From an uncultured Verrucomicrobia subdivision 3 bacterium (GTDB lineage: Bacteria; Verrucomicrobiota; Verrucomicrobiia; Limisphaerales; UBA11358), in NCBI GenBank assembly GCA_903918885.1, contig CAIXFY010000019.1, positions 3,924 through 67,923 of the forward strand: DNA of 64,000 nucleotides, given 5' to 3'. Each line of letters begins with the position of its first letter. Positions within the stretch are counted from its first letter, which is position 1. Positions 19,767-29,357 of the stretch are shown here, one piece after another. The notes under the pieces are model-generated. The model was not told the origin of the DNA and searched no databases. It was given only the letters and a program-made list of their open reading frames with translations. The translations under genes were made by a program, and so were the position numbers.

Positions 19767-20828
19767 ATGAAGAAAAAACAAAAACTCTCGACCGCCAAGC
19801 GGTTGGCTAACTCGGAATCCGCCGTGAGCGACCGCGAGGCGCGTCTGCGCGCCATCTTGGAAACAGCCGTCGAGGGCATCATTACGATTGACGAACGCGG
19901 CACGGTCGAATCCTTCAACCGCGCGTCGGAAAAGATTTTTGGCTACACCGCTGCTGAGGTCATCGGCAAAAACGTCAGCATATTGATGTCGTCGCCGCAC
20001 CGCCAGCAGCACGATGGCTACATCGAAAATTACAAGCATACCGGCCACGCCAAAATCATCGGCATCGGCCGCGAAACCATCGCGCGCAAAAAGGACGGCA
20101 CTCTTTTCCCGATGGATTTATCTGTCAGCGAAGTGAAATTGAGCGACCGTCGGATTTTCACCGGATTCATCCGCGACATCACCGAGCGCAAGCGGTTGGA
20201 AAAAGAGATTCTCGAAATTAGCGAACGCGAGCAGCGCCGCATCGGTCAGGATTTGCATGACGGTTTGTGCCAGCATCTCGCCGGCATTGAAATGTTGAGT
20301 CAGGTGCTCGCGCAAAAACTCGCGCCCAAAAATAAGGATGCCGCCGCGCGCGCGACGGAAATCGCCAAGGCCGTCCGCGAAAGTATCGGGCAAACGCGGT
20401 TGTTGGCACGCGGACTTTCGCCGGTCACACTGGAATCAGAAGGTCTGATGTCCGCACTGGTCGAACTTTCCTTGAACACGGAGAAAATGTTTCGCGTCCA
20501 CTGCCATTTCGATTGCGTCGAGGTTGTTAAATTCGACGATCATGCGGCGGCGACGCACCTTTTCCGTATCGCGCAGGAAGCCGTTTCCAACGCCATCAAA
20601 CACGGTAAGGCAAAAAACATTACCCTCCGTTTGCGCAATGAAGGCGGGCAAATCCGGTTGCGCGTGAGCGACGACGGAATCGGCTTTCCAAAAAATCCAA
20701 CCGAGAGCGGTGGCATGGGTTTGCGCATCATGCAATCGCGCATCGGCATGGTTGGCGGCACGCTGAGCATCGAGCGCCAGCGCACCGGCGGAACCAGCGT
20801 CATTTTCTCCGCGCCTAAAAACCGTTAA
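19767..20828 (+). CDS. PAS-domain sensor histidine kinase (HisKA_3/NarL-type)
   Basis: The PAS core is AILETAVEGIITIDERGTVESFNRASEKIFGY. The H-box is EREQRRIGQDLHDGLCQHL, followed by HATPase_c N/G boxes (EAVSNAIKHG, DDGIGF, GGMGLRIM). No TM segment is seen, so it is cytoplasmic. Confidence 0.85.
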   Translation: MKKKQKLSTAKRLANSESAVSDREARLRAILETAVEGIITIDERGTVESFNRASEKIFGYTAAEVIGKNVSILMSSPHRQQHDGYIENYKHTGHAKIIGIGRETIARKKDGTLFPMDLSVSEVKLSDRRIFTGFIRDITERKRLEKEILEISEREQRRIGQDLHDGLCQHLAGIEMLSQVLAQKLAPKNKDAAARATEIAKAVRESIGQTRLLARGLSPVTLESEGLMSALVELSLNTEKMFRVHCHFDCVEVVKFDDHAAATHLFRIAQEAVSNAIKHGKAKNITLRLRNEGGQIRLRVSDDGIGFPKNPTESGGMGLRIMQSRIGMVGGTLSIERQRTGGTSVIFSAPKNR

Positions 20829-20831
20829 GCC

Positions 20832-21506
20832 ATGGCCACAAAAAACAAAACGGCGCCCAAGCGAATCCTCATCGTGGATGATCATCCGATGATGCGCACC
20901 GGACTGGCGCAGTTGATTGACAACGAGCCGGACTTGAAAGTCGCGGCCGAAGCGGACACGGCGGGTCAGGCAATCAATCTGGTTTCCAAACAGAAATTCG
21001 ACCTTGCGCTGCTGGATATTTCTCTTCCCGATAAAAACGGCCTCGAACTCATTAAAGATGTCCGTGCGTTGCGGCCGGAAATGCCGGTGCTCGTCGTCTC
21101 CATGCACGATGAAATGATTTACGCCGAACGCGTGCTGCGCGCCGGCGGCCGCGGCTACATCATGAAACAGGAAGGCGGCGAAAAGTTTTTGCACGCCATC
21201 CGGCAGGTGCTGGCTGGGCAGGTTTTTGTCAGCGAAAAAATGTCGGCGCGGATATTGGAGGTATTTTCGGGACGGCAGTCGGAAAACTCCGGTTCGCCGG
21301 TGCGCAAACTTTCCGATCGCGAATTTGAAGTTTTCCAACTCATCGGCCAAGGCATTGGCACACGCGCCATCGCGGATCAACTTCACTTGAGCGTCAAGAC
21401 GGTAGAGGTGCATCGCGCCAACATCAAGGAGAAGCTCGTATTGAAAACCGCGACCGAACTGGTGCGCTACGCCGTGCGGTGGATTGATTCTCAAGATCGA
21501 AGTTAG
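20832..21506 (+). CDS. NarL/LuxR-family response regulator
   Basis: The receiver domain has ILIVDDHP, the phospho-acceptor context LALLDISLPD and the MKQ lysine. The C-terminal LuxR HTH is LSDREFEVFQLIGQGIGTRAIADQLHLSVKTVEVHRANI. Confidence 0.9.
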   Translation: MATKNKTAPKRILIVDDHPMMRTGLAQLIDNEPDLKVAAEADTAGQAINLVSKQKFDLALLDISLPDKNGLELIKDVRALRPEMPVLVVSMHDEMIYAERVLRAGGRGYIMKQEGGEKFLHAIRQVLAGQVFVSEKMSARILEVFSGRQSENSGSPVRKLSDREFEVFQLIGQGIGTRAIADQLHLSVKTVEVHRANIKEKLVLKTATELVRYAVRWIDSQDRS

Positions 21507-21534
21507 GCATCGTTCTTCCACTATTCTCCTTACC

Positions 21535-21556
21535 TTGCTCCATTTGGAGCAATTTG
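21535..21556 (+). terminator. weak hairpin plus T-tract after the response regulator gene
   Basis: TTGCTCC-ATTT-GGAGCAA forms a 7-bp stem and is followed by TTTG. The stem is short, so confidence is low. Confidence 0.35.
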
Positions 21557-21652
21557 TGGTGACAATTTGCCAAATGTGGTGAAGTTGTAACTGCCGCTCA
21601 CTGTCATTTTCTCCACATTGAATTGAGAATTAACCAATTTCGATAGAAACTT

Positions 21653-24406
21653 ATGACCCTTACCTCACATCCCGCCGCCAAGCTTGAATCTGCACACGAT
21701 ATTCTCCACCACACGACCGACCGGCCATTGTCGCCGATCTTTTCGCCACAATCGGTCGCCGTCATCGGCGCGACCGAAAATCCCGGAAGCGTGGGTCGGA
21801 CGATTTTGGAAAATCTGATCAAGGGCGGCTTCCCTGGAAAAATTTTCCCGGTTAATCCAAAACGCGAAACTGTCCTCGGCGTCAAGGCGTATCCCAGCAT
21901 CACCGCCGTGCCGGAAAGACCCGACCTCGCGGTCATCATCACCCCGCCACCAACCGTTCCGGGCATCGTGAGAGATTGCGGGACGATGGGCGTGAAAGGC
22001 GTCATCATCATCTCCGCCGGCTTCAAGGAAATCGGCGCGCCGGGCGTGGAACTCGAGCGTCAGGTTTTGGAAGAAGCGAGAAAGGCCGGCATTCGCATTG
22101 TCGGCCCGAATTGTTTGGGGGTCATGGTGCCGGGCGCTAAATTCAACGCCACTTTCGCCGCCGACATGGCGAAGCCCGGCAGCGTCGGCTTCATCAGTCA
22201 GAGCGGCGCGCTCTGCACGGCGATTCTTGATTGGAGCTTGAAGGAAAATGTCGGCTTCAGCGCGTTTGTCTCGCTCGGCTCGATGCTCGATGTCGGCTGG
22301 GGCGATTTGATTTCCCACCTCGGCGATGATCCGCAAACCAAGAGCATCGTCATCTACATGGAAAGCATCGGCGACGCGCGGGCGTTCCTGTCTGCGGCGC
22401 GTGAAGTAGCGTTGACCAAACCTATAATTGTCATCAAGCCCGGCCGCACGGACGCTGCCGCCAAGGCCGCCGCGTCTCACACCGGTTCGCTCACCGGCAG
22501 CGATGAAGTGCTACAAGCCGCGTTCCAGCGCGTTGGCGTTTTGCGCGTGGATTCGATTTCCGAATTGTTCGACATGGCAGAAGTGCTCGCCAAACAGCCG
22601 CGCCCGAAAGGTCCGCGCCTGTGCATCGTGACCAACGCCGGCGGCCCAAACGTCATTGCCACGGACACGCTCATCGGCAGCGGCGCGCAACTGGCCGAGC
22701 TTTCGCCGGAAACGATGGAATCGTTTAATAAAATTCTCCCGCCGACTTGGAGCCATAATAATCCCGTTGATATCATTGGCGATGCGAAGCCGGAGCTTTA
22801 CGCGAAGTCCATCGAGATTGCGTCTAAAGATCCGAATACCGACGGCATCCTCGTCATTCTCACGCCGCAGGCGATGACCGACCCGACCGCCACCGCCGAG
22901 TGCCTCAAGCCCTACGCACACATTCCCAACAAGCCCGTCATCGCAAGTTGGATGGGCGCGGACATCGTGGCCAAGGGCGAAGACATTTTGAATGCCGCGA
23001 GCATTCCCACATTCAAGTATCCCGACCGCGCCGCGAAGGCGTTCTACTACATGTGGAACTCCAGCGAAAATTTGCGCTCGCTTTACGAAACGCCCGCCGC
23101 CGCGCCGGATGACGAACGCGGCGAGATCGACCGCGAAAAGGCGACGGCCATCATCAATGAAGTTCGCAAGTCCGGCCGCACGCTGCTCACGGAATTTGAG
23201 TCCAAGAAACTGCTCGCCGCCTACGGCATTCCGACGGTGGAAACGCACATCGCCACTACGGAAGGCGACGCGGTTAAGCAAGCCGCACGACTGGGCTTTC
23301 CCGTGGTATTGAAATTGCATTCCGAAACCATCACGCACAAGACCGATGTCGGCGGCGTGCAATTGAATTTGCGCACGGCTTCGGCGGTGCGGCAGGCGTA
23401 TAAAGCCATCGAAAGTTCCTGCATCAAAAAAGTCGGCAAGGAACATTTCCAAGGCGTCACCGTGCAGCCGATGATCAAGCTCGACGGCTACGAAATCATC
23501 ATTGGCAGTAGCATGGATCCGCAGTTCGGACCCGTGCTGCTCTTCGGCACCGGCGGACAACTGGTGGAAGTGTTCAAGGACCGCGCGCTCGGTTTGCCGC
23601 CGCTCAACGCCACGCTCGCGCGGCGCATGATGGAACGCACCAAAATTTACACCGCGCTCAAGGGCGTGCGCGGCCGCAAGTCAGCGAACCTCGCCGCCAT
23701 CGAACAGTTGCTCGTGCGCTTCAGCCAGCTCGTCGTCGAGCAGCCGTGGATTTCTGAAATTGACATCAATCCCCTGCTCGTCTCCGCCGAACGGATTTTT
23801 GCGCTCGATGGCCGCGTGGTGCTGCATCCGCTGGACACGCCGGAAGACAAGCTGCCCAAGTCCGCCATCCGTCCGTATCCGAACCAATACGCCACGCCAT
23901 GGAAGACGAAAAATAAGTTGCCGATTTTCATCCGCCCGATCAAACCGGAAGATGAACCGCAGATGGTGAAATTTCACGAGACGCTGTCCGAAGAAAGCGT
24001 CTATAACCGTTATTTTTCCGCGCTAAAATTGTCGCAACGCATCACGCACGAACGGCTCACGCGCATTTGCTTCAATGATTACGATCGCGAAATCGCGCTC
24101 GTCGCCGAACTCAAGGCGCCCAAGGGCGAGGAGAAAAAAATCCTCGGCGTCGGCCGCTTGAGCAAACAGCACGGCAAGAGCGAGGCGGAATTCGCCGTGC
24201 TCATCAACGACGAATGGCAGCGGCAGGGACTCGGTTACGAACTGCTCCGCCGGCTCATTGAAATCGGCCGCAACGAAAAATTGACGCAGATCAAAGGCCA
24301 GATTCTCGCCGAGAACCATCCGATGCAACACATCTGCCGCAAGGCCGGCTTCAAAGTGGTGCACGATTCCGAAAGCAACTTATTCAACGCCAGTTACACC
24401 TACTGA
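21653..24406 (+). CDS. Pat-like fusion: NDP-forming acyl-CoA synthetase (CoA-binding + ATP-grasp) with C-terminal GNAT acetyltransferase
   Basis: 917-aa ORF. It has a CoA-binding N-terminus ([15 protein letters not shown]) and a succinyl-CoA-synthetase-like loop [12 protein letters not shown]. The ATP-grasp region is [13 protein letters not shown]...VVLK. The GNAT tail is [22 protein letters not shown]. This is the same architecture as enterobacterial Pat. Confidence 0.85.
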   Translation: MTLTSHPAAKLESAHDILHHTTDRPLSPIFSPQSVAVIGATENPGSVGRTILENLIKGGFPGKIFPVNPKRETVLGVKAYPSITAVPERPDLAVIITPPPTVPGIVRDCGTMGVKGVIIISAGFKEIGAPGVELERQVLEEARKAGIRIVGPNCLGVMVPGAKFNATFAADMAKPGSVGFISQSGALCTAILDWSLKENVGFSAFVSLGSMLDVGWGDLISHLGDDPQTKSIVIYMESIGDARAFLSAAREVALTKPIIVIKPGRTDAAAKAAASHTGSLTGSDEVLQAAFQRVGVLRVDSISELFDMAEVLAKQPRPKGPRLCIVTNAGGPNVIATDTLIGSGAQLAELSPETMESFNKILPPTWSHNNPVDIIGDAKPELYAKSIEIASKDPNTDGILVILTPQAMTDPTATAECLKPYAHIPNKPVIASWMGADIVAKGEDILNAASIPTFKYPDRAAKAFYYMWNSSENLRSLYETPAAAPDDERGEIDREKATAIINEVRKSGRTLLTEFESKKLLAAYGIPTVETHIATTEGDAVKQAARLGFPVVLKLHSETITHKTDVGGVQLNLRTASAVRQAYKAIESSCIKKVGKEHFQGVTVQPMIKLDGYEIIIGSSMDPQFGPVLLFGTGGQLVEVFKDRALGLPPLNATLARRMMERTKIYTALKGVRGRKSANLAAIEQLLVRFSQLVVEQPWISEIDINPLLVSAERIFALDGRVVLHPLDTPEDKLPKSAIRPYPNQYATPWKTKNKLPIFIRPIKPEDEPQMVKFHETLSEESVYNRYFSALKLSQRITHERLTRICFNDYDREIALVAELKAPKGEEKKILGVGRLSKQHGKSEAEFAVLINDEWQRQGLGYELLRRLIEIGRNEKLTQIKGQILAENHPMQHICRKAGFKVVHDSESNLFNASYTY

Positions 24407-24437
24407 AAGCGCACAGCACGGATAAAACTTGAAAACC

Positions 24438-24467
24438 AAAGCCCGCAGTAAAAGCTGCGGGCTTTTT
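24438..24467 (+). terminator. rho-independent terminator after the Pat-like gene
   Basis: AAAGCCCGCAG-TAAAAG-CTGCGGGCTTT forms an 11-bp stem with the T-run continuing (TTTTT), 32 nt after the stop codon. Confidence 0.65.
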
Positions 24468-24667
24468 CATGGCGTCCTGTGTCCTTCGTGCCCGCCAGCA
24501 ATTTTACCTCAATTTCAACCGGCTCGCCATGATTGGCAACGGTTGGTTTGCCTTTGGCAAAATCGGGGAAGTCTCAACTCCGACCCACGCCTAATTTAGG
24601 CTTCAGAAGTGACGGAAACGCCAAGCAACACAAAAATATTTCAACCGACACCGACCTGCATCTCAAA

Positions 24668-27600
24668 ATGAAAAAAACTCCCATTTTCAAAACCATTGAT
24701 GGCGCCGAAGCCGCCGCCTATGTCGCCTACCGCCTGAACGAGGCAATGGCAATTTATCCCATCACGCCGTCCTCGGGCATCGCCGAGTGGTGCGACCAGT
24801 GGGCGTCCGAGGGTAAAAAAAACCTCTGGGGAACCATTCCCGGCATCGTGGAAATGCAGAGCGAAGGCGGCGCGGTCGGCGCGGTTCACGGCATGCTACA
24901 GACCGGCGCGATGAGCACCACTTTCACGGCGTCACAGGGTTTGCTGCTAATGATTCCCAACATGTTCAAAATCGCCGGCGAATTGCTGCCGACGGTGTTC
25001 CATGTCACCGCGCGCACGGTGGCCACGCACGCGCTTTCCATTTTCGGCGACCACAGCGACATCATGGCCTGCCGCTCGACCGGCTGGGCGATGCTCGGCG
25101 CAGCCTCGGTGCAGGAGACCATGGATTTCGCCCTGATTTCACAGGCAGCGACGCTCCGTTCGCGACTGCCGTTCATTCATTTTTTCGACGGCTTCCGCAC
25201 GTCGCACGAAGTATCCAAAATTGAAATGCTCGACGAAGCGGTGATGCGCGCGCTGATTGACGACCGATTGATCGCGGAACATCGCGCCCGCGCGATGACG
25301 CCGGACAAACCGGTGTTGCGCGGCACGGCGCAGAATCCCGACGCCTTTTTCCAGGGCCGCGAAGCCGCGAATCACTTTTACTCCGCATGTCCCGACATCG
25401 TTCAGAAAGTCATGGACGAATTCGCGGCACAGACCGGGCGCAAATACCGGTTGTTCGATTACGCCGGCGCGCCGGATGCGGAACGGGTCATCGTGCTGAT
25501 GGGTTCCGGTTGCGAAGCCGCGCACGAAACCGTGGACGCACTCGCCGCCAAGGGTGAAAAAATCGGCGTGCTAAAAGTGCGCCTGTATCGACCGTTCGAC
25601 GGCAAACGCTTCGTAGAAGCACTCCCAAAATCAGTGAAACGCATCGCGGTGCTTGACCGCACCAAGGAACCCGGCGCGACCGGCGACCCGCTCTATCAAG
25701 ACGTCGTCACGGCGTTGATGGAAGAAACGGCAGCAGGCCGTTCGCAGTTGAAAGTCGTGCCGCAGGTGTTTGCGGGTCGCTATGGTTTGTCCTCGAAGGA
25801 ATTCACGCCGGCGATGATCAAAGCGATTTTCGACAACCTGTCCGTCGCTGCGCCGAAAAATCATTTTGTCGTCGGCATCAACGACGATGTGTCGCACACG
25901 AGCTTGGCTTACGACGCCAATTTTTCCACGGAACCGGCCAACGTCGTGCGCGCGCTGTTCTACGGGCTTGGCGCGGACGGCACGGTGGGCGCGAACAAAA
26001 ATTCCATCAAAATCATCGGCGAAGAAACCGCCAACTATGCGCAAGGCTACTTCGTTTACGACTCGAAGAAATCGGGTTCGATGACCGTTTCGCATCTGCG
26101 CTTCGGGCCGGATCCAATCCGCTCGACCTATTTGATCACCAGCGCCAACTTCGTAGCGTGCCATCTGCCGACCTTCCTTGACCGCTACGAGATGCTGCGT
26201 CCACTCGTGACCGGCGGGACTTTTCTGCTGAACACGCCACACACGAAAGAAGCCGTCTGGTCGCAGTTGCCAACGCCGGTGCAGGAAACGCTGCTCGCGA
26301 AGCAGGCGAAATTCTTCGTCATCGACGCCACGAAAGTCGCACGCGAAAGCGGCATGGGCGGACGCATTAACACAATCATGCAGGTCTGCTTCTTCGCGCT
26401 TTCCGGCGTGCTGCCGAAAGACGAAGCCATTGCGGCCATCAAGAATTCCATCAAAAAAACCTACGGCAAAAAGGGCGAGGAAGTCGTCCAAATGAATTTG
26501 AAGGCTGTGGACAACACGCTCGCGCATCTGCACGAGGTTGCGTTCGCGAACAACAAAGTCAACGGCACCGGCGCGCTCCTGCCGCCCATCACGCCAAACG
26601 CACCCGCGTTTGTGCGCAATGTGCTCGGCAAAATCGCTGCCGGTTTCGGCGATGAACTGCCGGTAAGCGCGTTCCCGAACGACGGCTCGTTCCCGACCGC
26701 GACGGCGCAATTCGAGAAGCGCAATCTCGCGCTGGAAATTCCGGTGTGGGACGAAAAAACCTGCATTCAATGCCTGAAATGCGTGGCCATCTGTCCGCAC
26801 GCGACGATTCGCGCCAAGGTTTTTGACGCGGCAGAATTGAAAAATGTTCCCGCCACTTTCAAAAGCTGCGATTCGCGCGTGCCGGAATTCAAGGGACAAA
26901 AATTCTCGCTGCAAGTTGCGCCGGAAGACTGCACCGGCTGCCGGATTTGCGTTGAAGTTTGCCCGGCTAAAAACAAGACCGAAGCAAAGCTCAAGGCCAT
27001 CAACATGCAGCCTCAAGCGCCGTTGCGCGAGGCAGAGGCGCTGAACTGGGATTACTTCCTTAACCTGCCGGAATTTGACCGGCGCAAAATCAAGACGGGT
27101 TCGCTGCGCCAGCAGCAACTGTTGCAACCGCTCTTTGAATTCAGCGGCGCGTGCTCCGGTTGTGGCGAGACGCCCTACATCAAGATGCTCACGCAGTTGT
27201 TTGGCGACCGCATGGTCGTGGCCAACGCGACGGGTTGTTCCTCGATTTACGGCGGTAACCTGCCGACGACACCTTACGCGACGAACAAATGCGGCAAGGG
27301 CCCGACCTGGTGCAACTCGCTGTTTGAGGACAATGCGGAGTTCGGTCTCGGCTTCCGCGTCTCGATTGACAAGCAAAAGGAAATGGCGGAGGAGCTGCTG
27401 AAAAAACTTTCGGCGCACATCGGCGACGATTTCACGAATCAAATTTTATTCGCGAATCAGGACGACGAGGCGGGCATTTTCGACCAGCGCGAACGCGTAG
27501 AGGTCTTGAAGCAGAAAATTGCCAAGCTGGATTTGCCGGAAGCGAAACTGTTGATTCCATTGGCCGATATGCTCGTGAAAAAGAGCGTGTGGATTCTCGG

Positions 27601-28267
27601 CGGTGACGGCTGGGCTTACGACATCGGCTACGGTGGTTTGGATCACGTGCTCGCCAGCGGCCGCAAGGTCAACGTGCTGGTGATGGACACGGAAGTTTAT
27701 TCCAACACCGGCGGTCAGATGAGCAAATCCACGCCGCGCGGCGCGATTGCGAAATTCGCCGCCGGCGGCAAACCGGCGGGCAAGAAGGATCTCGGCCTGA
27801 TCGCGATGGCTTACGGAAATATTTATGTCGCCAGCGTTGCTATGGGCGCGAAGGACGAACACACGCTGAAGGCGTTTATCGAAGCGGAGAGTTATCCCGG
27901 CCCGTCGTTGATCATCGCCTACAGCCATTGCATCGCGCACGGCATCGCGCTGGACACGGGCATCGGCGCGAAGCAGCAGAAGCTGGCGGTGGATTCCGGT
28001 CAGTGGCTGCTGTATCGCTTTGACCCGCGCCGCGCGGATCGCGGTGAGAATCCGCTGCAACTGGATTCCGGCGCGGCGAAGGCCAAGGTGTCGGATTTCA
28101 TGATGTCGGAAAACCGGTTCAAGATGCTCACGAAGAGCAAGCCGGAGGATGCGAAGAAATTTTTCGCGCAATCGCAGGTGGAAGCCGACCGGCGCTGGAA
28201 ATTTTATCAAAACATGGCCGCCCGCGACTTGAAGGCGGAAACCACGCCGCCGACGGCAACCGCTTGA
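24668..28267 (+). CDS. nifJ: pyruvate:ferredoxin (flavodoxin) oxidoreductase, single-polypeptide type
   Basis: About 1199 aa from ATG 24668. It has two 4Fe-4S ferredoxin motifs (CIQCLKCVAICPH, CTGCRICVEVCP) and the TPP-binding GGDGWAYDIGYGGLDH. The N-terminus MKKTPIFKTIDGAEAAAYVAY is typical of PFOR. Confidence 0.95.
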   Translation: MKKTPIFKTIDGAEAAAYVAYRLNEAMAIYPITPSSGIAEWCDQWASEGKKNLWGTIPGIVEMQSEGGAVGAVHGMLQTGAMSTTFTASQGLLLMIPNMFKIAGELLPTVFHVTARTVATHALSIFGDHSDIMACRSTGWAMLGAASVQETMDFALISQAATLRSRLPFIHFFDGFRTSHEVSKIEMLDEAVMRALIDDRLIAEHRARAMTPDKPVLRGTAQNPDAFFQGREAANHFYSACPDIVQKVMDEFAAQTGRKYRLFDYAGAPDAERVIVLMGSGCEAAHETVDALAAKGEKIGVLKVRLYRPFDGKRFVEALPKSVKRIAVLDRTKEPGATGDPLYQDVVTALMEETAAGRSQLKVVPQVFAGRYGLSSKEFTPAMIKAIFDNLSVAAPKNHFVVGINDDVSHTSLAYDANFSTEPANVVRALFYGLGADGTVGANKNSIKIIGEETANYAQGYFVYDSKKSGSMTVSHLRFGPDPIRSTYLITSANFVACHLPTFLDRYEMLRPLVTGGTFLLNTPHTKEAVWSQLPTPVQETLLAKQAKFFVIDATKVARESGMGGRINTIMQVCFFALSGVLPKDEAIAAIKNSIKKTYGKKGEEVVQMNLKAVDNTLAHLHEVAFANNKVNGTGALLPPITPNAPAFVRNVLGKIAAGFGDELPVSAFPNDGSFPTATAQFEKRNLALEIPVWDEKTCIQCLKCVAICPHATIRAKVFDAAELKNVPATFKSCDSRVPEFKGQKFSLQVAPEDCTGCRICVEVCPAKNKTEAKLKAINMQPQAPLREAEALNWDYFLNLPEFDRRKIKTGSLRQQQLLQPLFEFSGACSGCGETPYIKMLTQLFGDRMVVANATGCSSIYGGNLPTTPYATNKCGKGPTWCNSLFEDNAEFGLGFRVSIDKQKEMAEELLKKLSAHIGDDFTNQILFANQDDEAGIFDQRERVEVLKQKIAKLDLPEAKLLIPLADMLVKKSVWILGGDGWAYDIGYGGLDHVLASGRKVNVLVMDTEVYSNTGGQMSKSTPRGAIAKFAAGGKPAGKKDLGLIAMAYGNIYVASVAMGAKDEHTLKAFIEAESYPGPSLIIAYSHCIAHGIALDTGIGAKQQKLAVDSGQWLLYRFDPRRADRGENPLQLDSGAAKAKVSDFMMSENRFKMLTKSKPEDAKKFFAQSQVEADRRWKFYQNMAARDLKAETTPPTATA

Positions 28268-28291
28268 TTTAACCCTGAACCAAAAAAGATT

Positions 28292-29293
28292 ATGGACATT
28301 TCAACCAATTATCTCGGCCTGAAACTGCGTTCGCCGCTGGTGGTATCCGCCTCACCGTTGTCGGAAGACATTGACAACATCAAGCGCATGGAGGACGCCG
28401 GCGCGGCGGCGGTGGTTTTGTATTCGCTGTTCGAGGAGCAGTTGCGGGGCGACCGGCTGGAGTTGCATCGCCAGTTGGAGGCGGGCACGGAAAGTTATGC
28501 GGAGGCGCTGTCGTATTTTCCGGAGCCGGACGAATTCAAGCTCGGGCCGGAGGAATATTTGCGCCACATCTGGGAGGCGAAACAAGCAACTAGGATTCCC
28601 ATCATCGCCAGCCTGAACGGATCCTCGCTCGGCGGCTGGATAGATTACGCCAGGCAGATTCAAAAAGCTGGCGCGGACGCACTGGAGTTGAATATCTACT
28701 ACATTCCGACGGACATGAATCTCACGGGCACGGAAGTCGAAATGACCTATATCGACATCGTGAAGGCGGTGAAAGCAGAAGTGTCAATTCCCGTTGCGGT
28801 TAAATTGAGCCCGTTTTTTAGCAACTTCGCGAACATGGCCAAGCGCCTTGACCAAACCGGCGTGAATGGACTGGTTTTGTTCAACCGATTTTACCAGCCG
28901 GACATTGAATTGGAATCGCTCGAAATAAAACCGAACATTTTGTTGAGCACGCCGATGGCGATGCGCCTGCCGTTGCGATGGATTGCCCTTCTGCACGGAA
29001 AGCTAAAAGCCAGTCTCGCCGCGACTAGTGGCATTCATCGCGCGTCCGACGTGCTAAAGATGCTCATGGCGGGCGCTGATGTGACGATGCTTTGCTCGAC
29101 GGTCATCCGCCACGGAATCCCGCAAATTGCGATGATTGAGCGCGACATGGTGGACTGGCTGAAAGAACACGAATACGAGTCAGTCAACCAATTAAAAGGC
29201 AGCTTGAGCCAGAAAAACTGTCCGGAACCGGCGGCCTATGAACGCGCCCAATACATGAAGGCGCTGACGGGCTATGCGCTGCCGCGCACTTGA
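28292..29293 (+). CDS. dihydroorotate dehydrogenase-like (class 1-like TIM-barrel flavoprotein) protein
   Basis: 333-aa ORF. Motifs LRSPLVVSASPL, ALELNIY, PVAVKLSP and GLVLFNR resemble the class 1 DHOD/DPD fold. It starts 24 nt after PFOR, and a canonical pyrD is present elsewhere (16525-17625). Confidence 0.75.
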   Translation: MDISTNYLGLKLRSPLVVSASPLSEDIDNIKRMEDAGAAAVVLYSLFEEQLRGDRLELHRQLEAGTESYAEALSYFPEPDEFKLGPEEYLRHIWEAKQATRIPIIASLNGSSLGGWIDYARQIQKAGADALELNIYYIPTDMNLTGTEVEMTYIDIVKAVKAEVSIPVAVKLSPFFSNFANMAKRLDQTGVNGLVLFNRFYQPDIELESLEIKPNILLSTPMAMRLPLRWIALLHGKLKASLAATSGIHRASDVLKMLMAGADVTMLCSTVIRHGIPQIAMIERDMVDWLKEHEYESVNQLKGSLSQKNCPEPAAYERAQYMKALTGYALPRT

Positions 29294-29307
29294 AAATGGC
29301 TTGAAAC

Positions 29308-29341
29308 AAAAACGGCCGTCGGAATTTCCGGCGGCCGTTTT
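29308..29341. terminator. bidirectional hairpin terminator between convergent genes
   Basis: AAAACGGCCGTCGG-AATTT-CCGGCGGCCGTTTT forms a 14-bp stem with 1 mismatch, flanked by an A-run and a T-run. It lies between the stops at 29293 (+) and 29358 (-). Confidence 0.6.
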
Positions 29342-29357
29342 CGCATTAACCAAACAA

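Noticed and set aside
24529-24580. TTGGCAACGGTTGGTTTGCC and the TTGCC-TTT-GGCAA palindrome upstream of PFOR, considered as a sigma-54 promoter or regulator site
   Set aside because: The GG-to-GC spacing is 3 nt too long for sigma-54. The palindrome is only 5+5 bp and matches no binding consensus I know.
24533-24667. N-terminal extensions offered by the ORF track: 24533 for PFOR, 5039 for POT, 17460 for dapF, 56040 for the DoxX-like gene, 19653 for the kinase, 54513 for the TIM barrel and 14457 for shc
   Set aside because: The extensions overlap upstream genes or terminators and add non-conserved, Arg-rich residues. Internal ATGs coincide with the family-typical N-termini.
25631-27442. 603-aa ORF antisense to PFOR
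   Set aside because: It is Arg/Ala/Gly-rich low-complexity sequence with no motif. The sense strand carries unmistakable PFOR motifs. This is a typical shadow ORF of a GC-rich gene.
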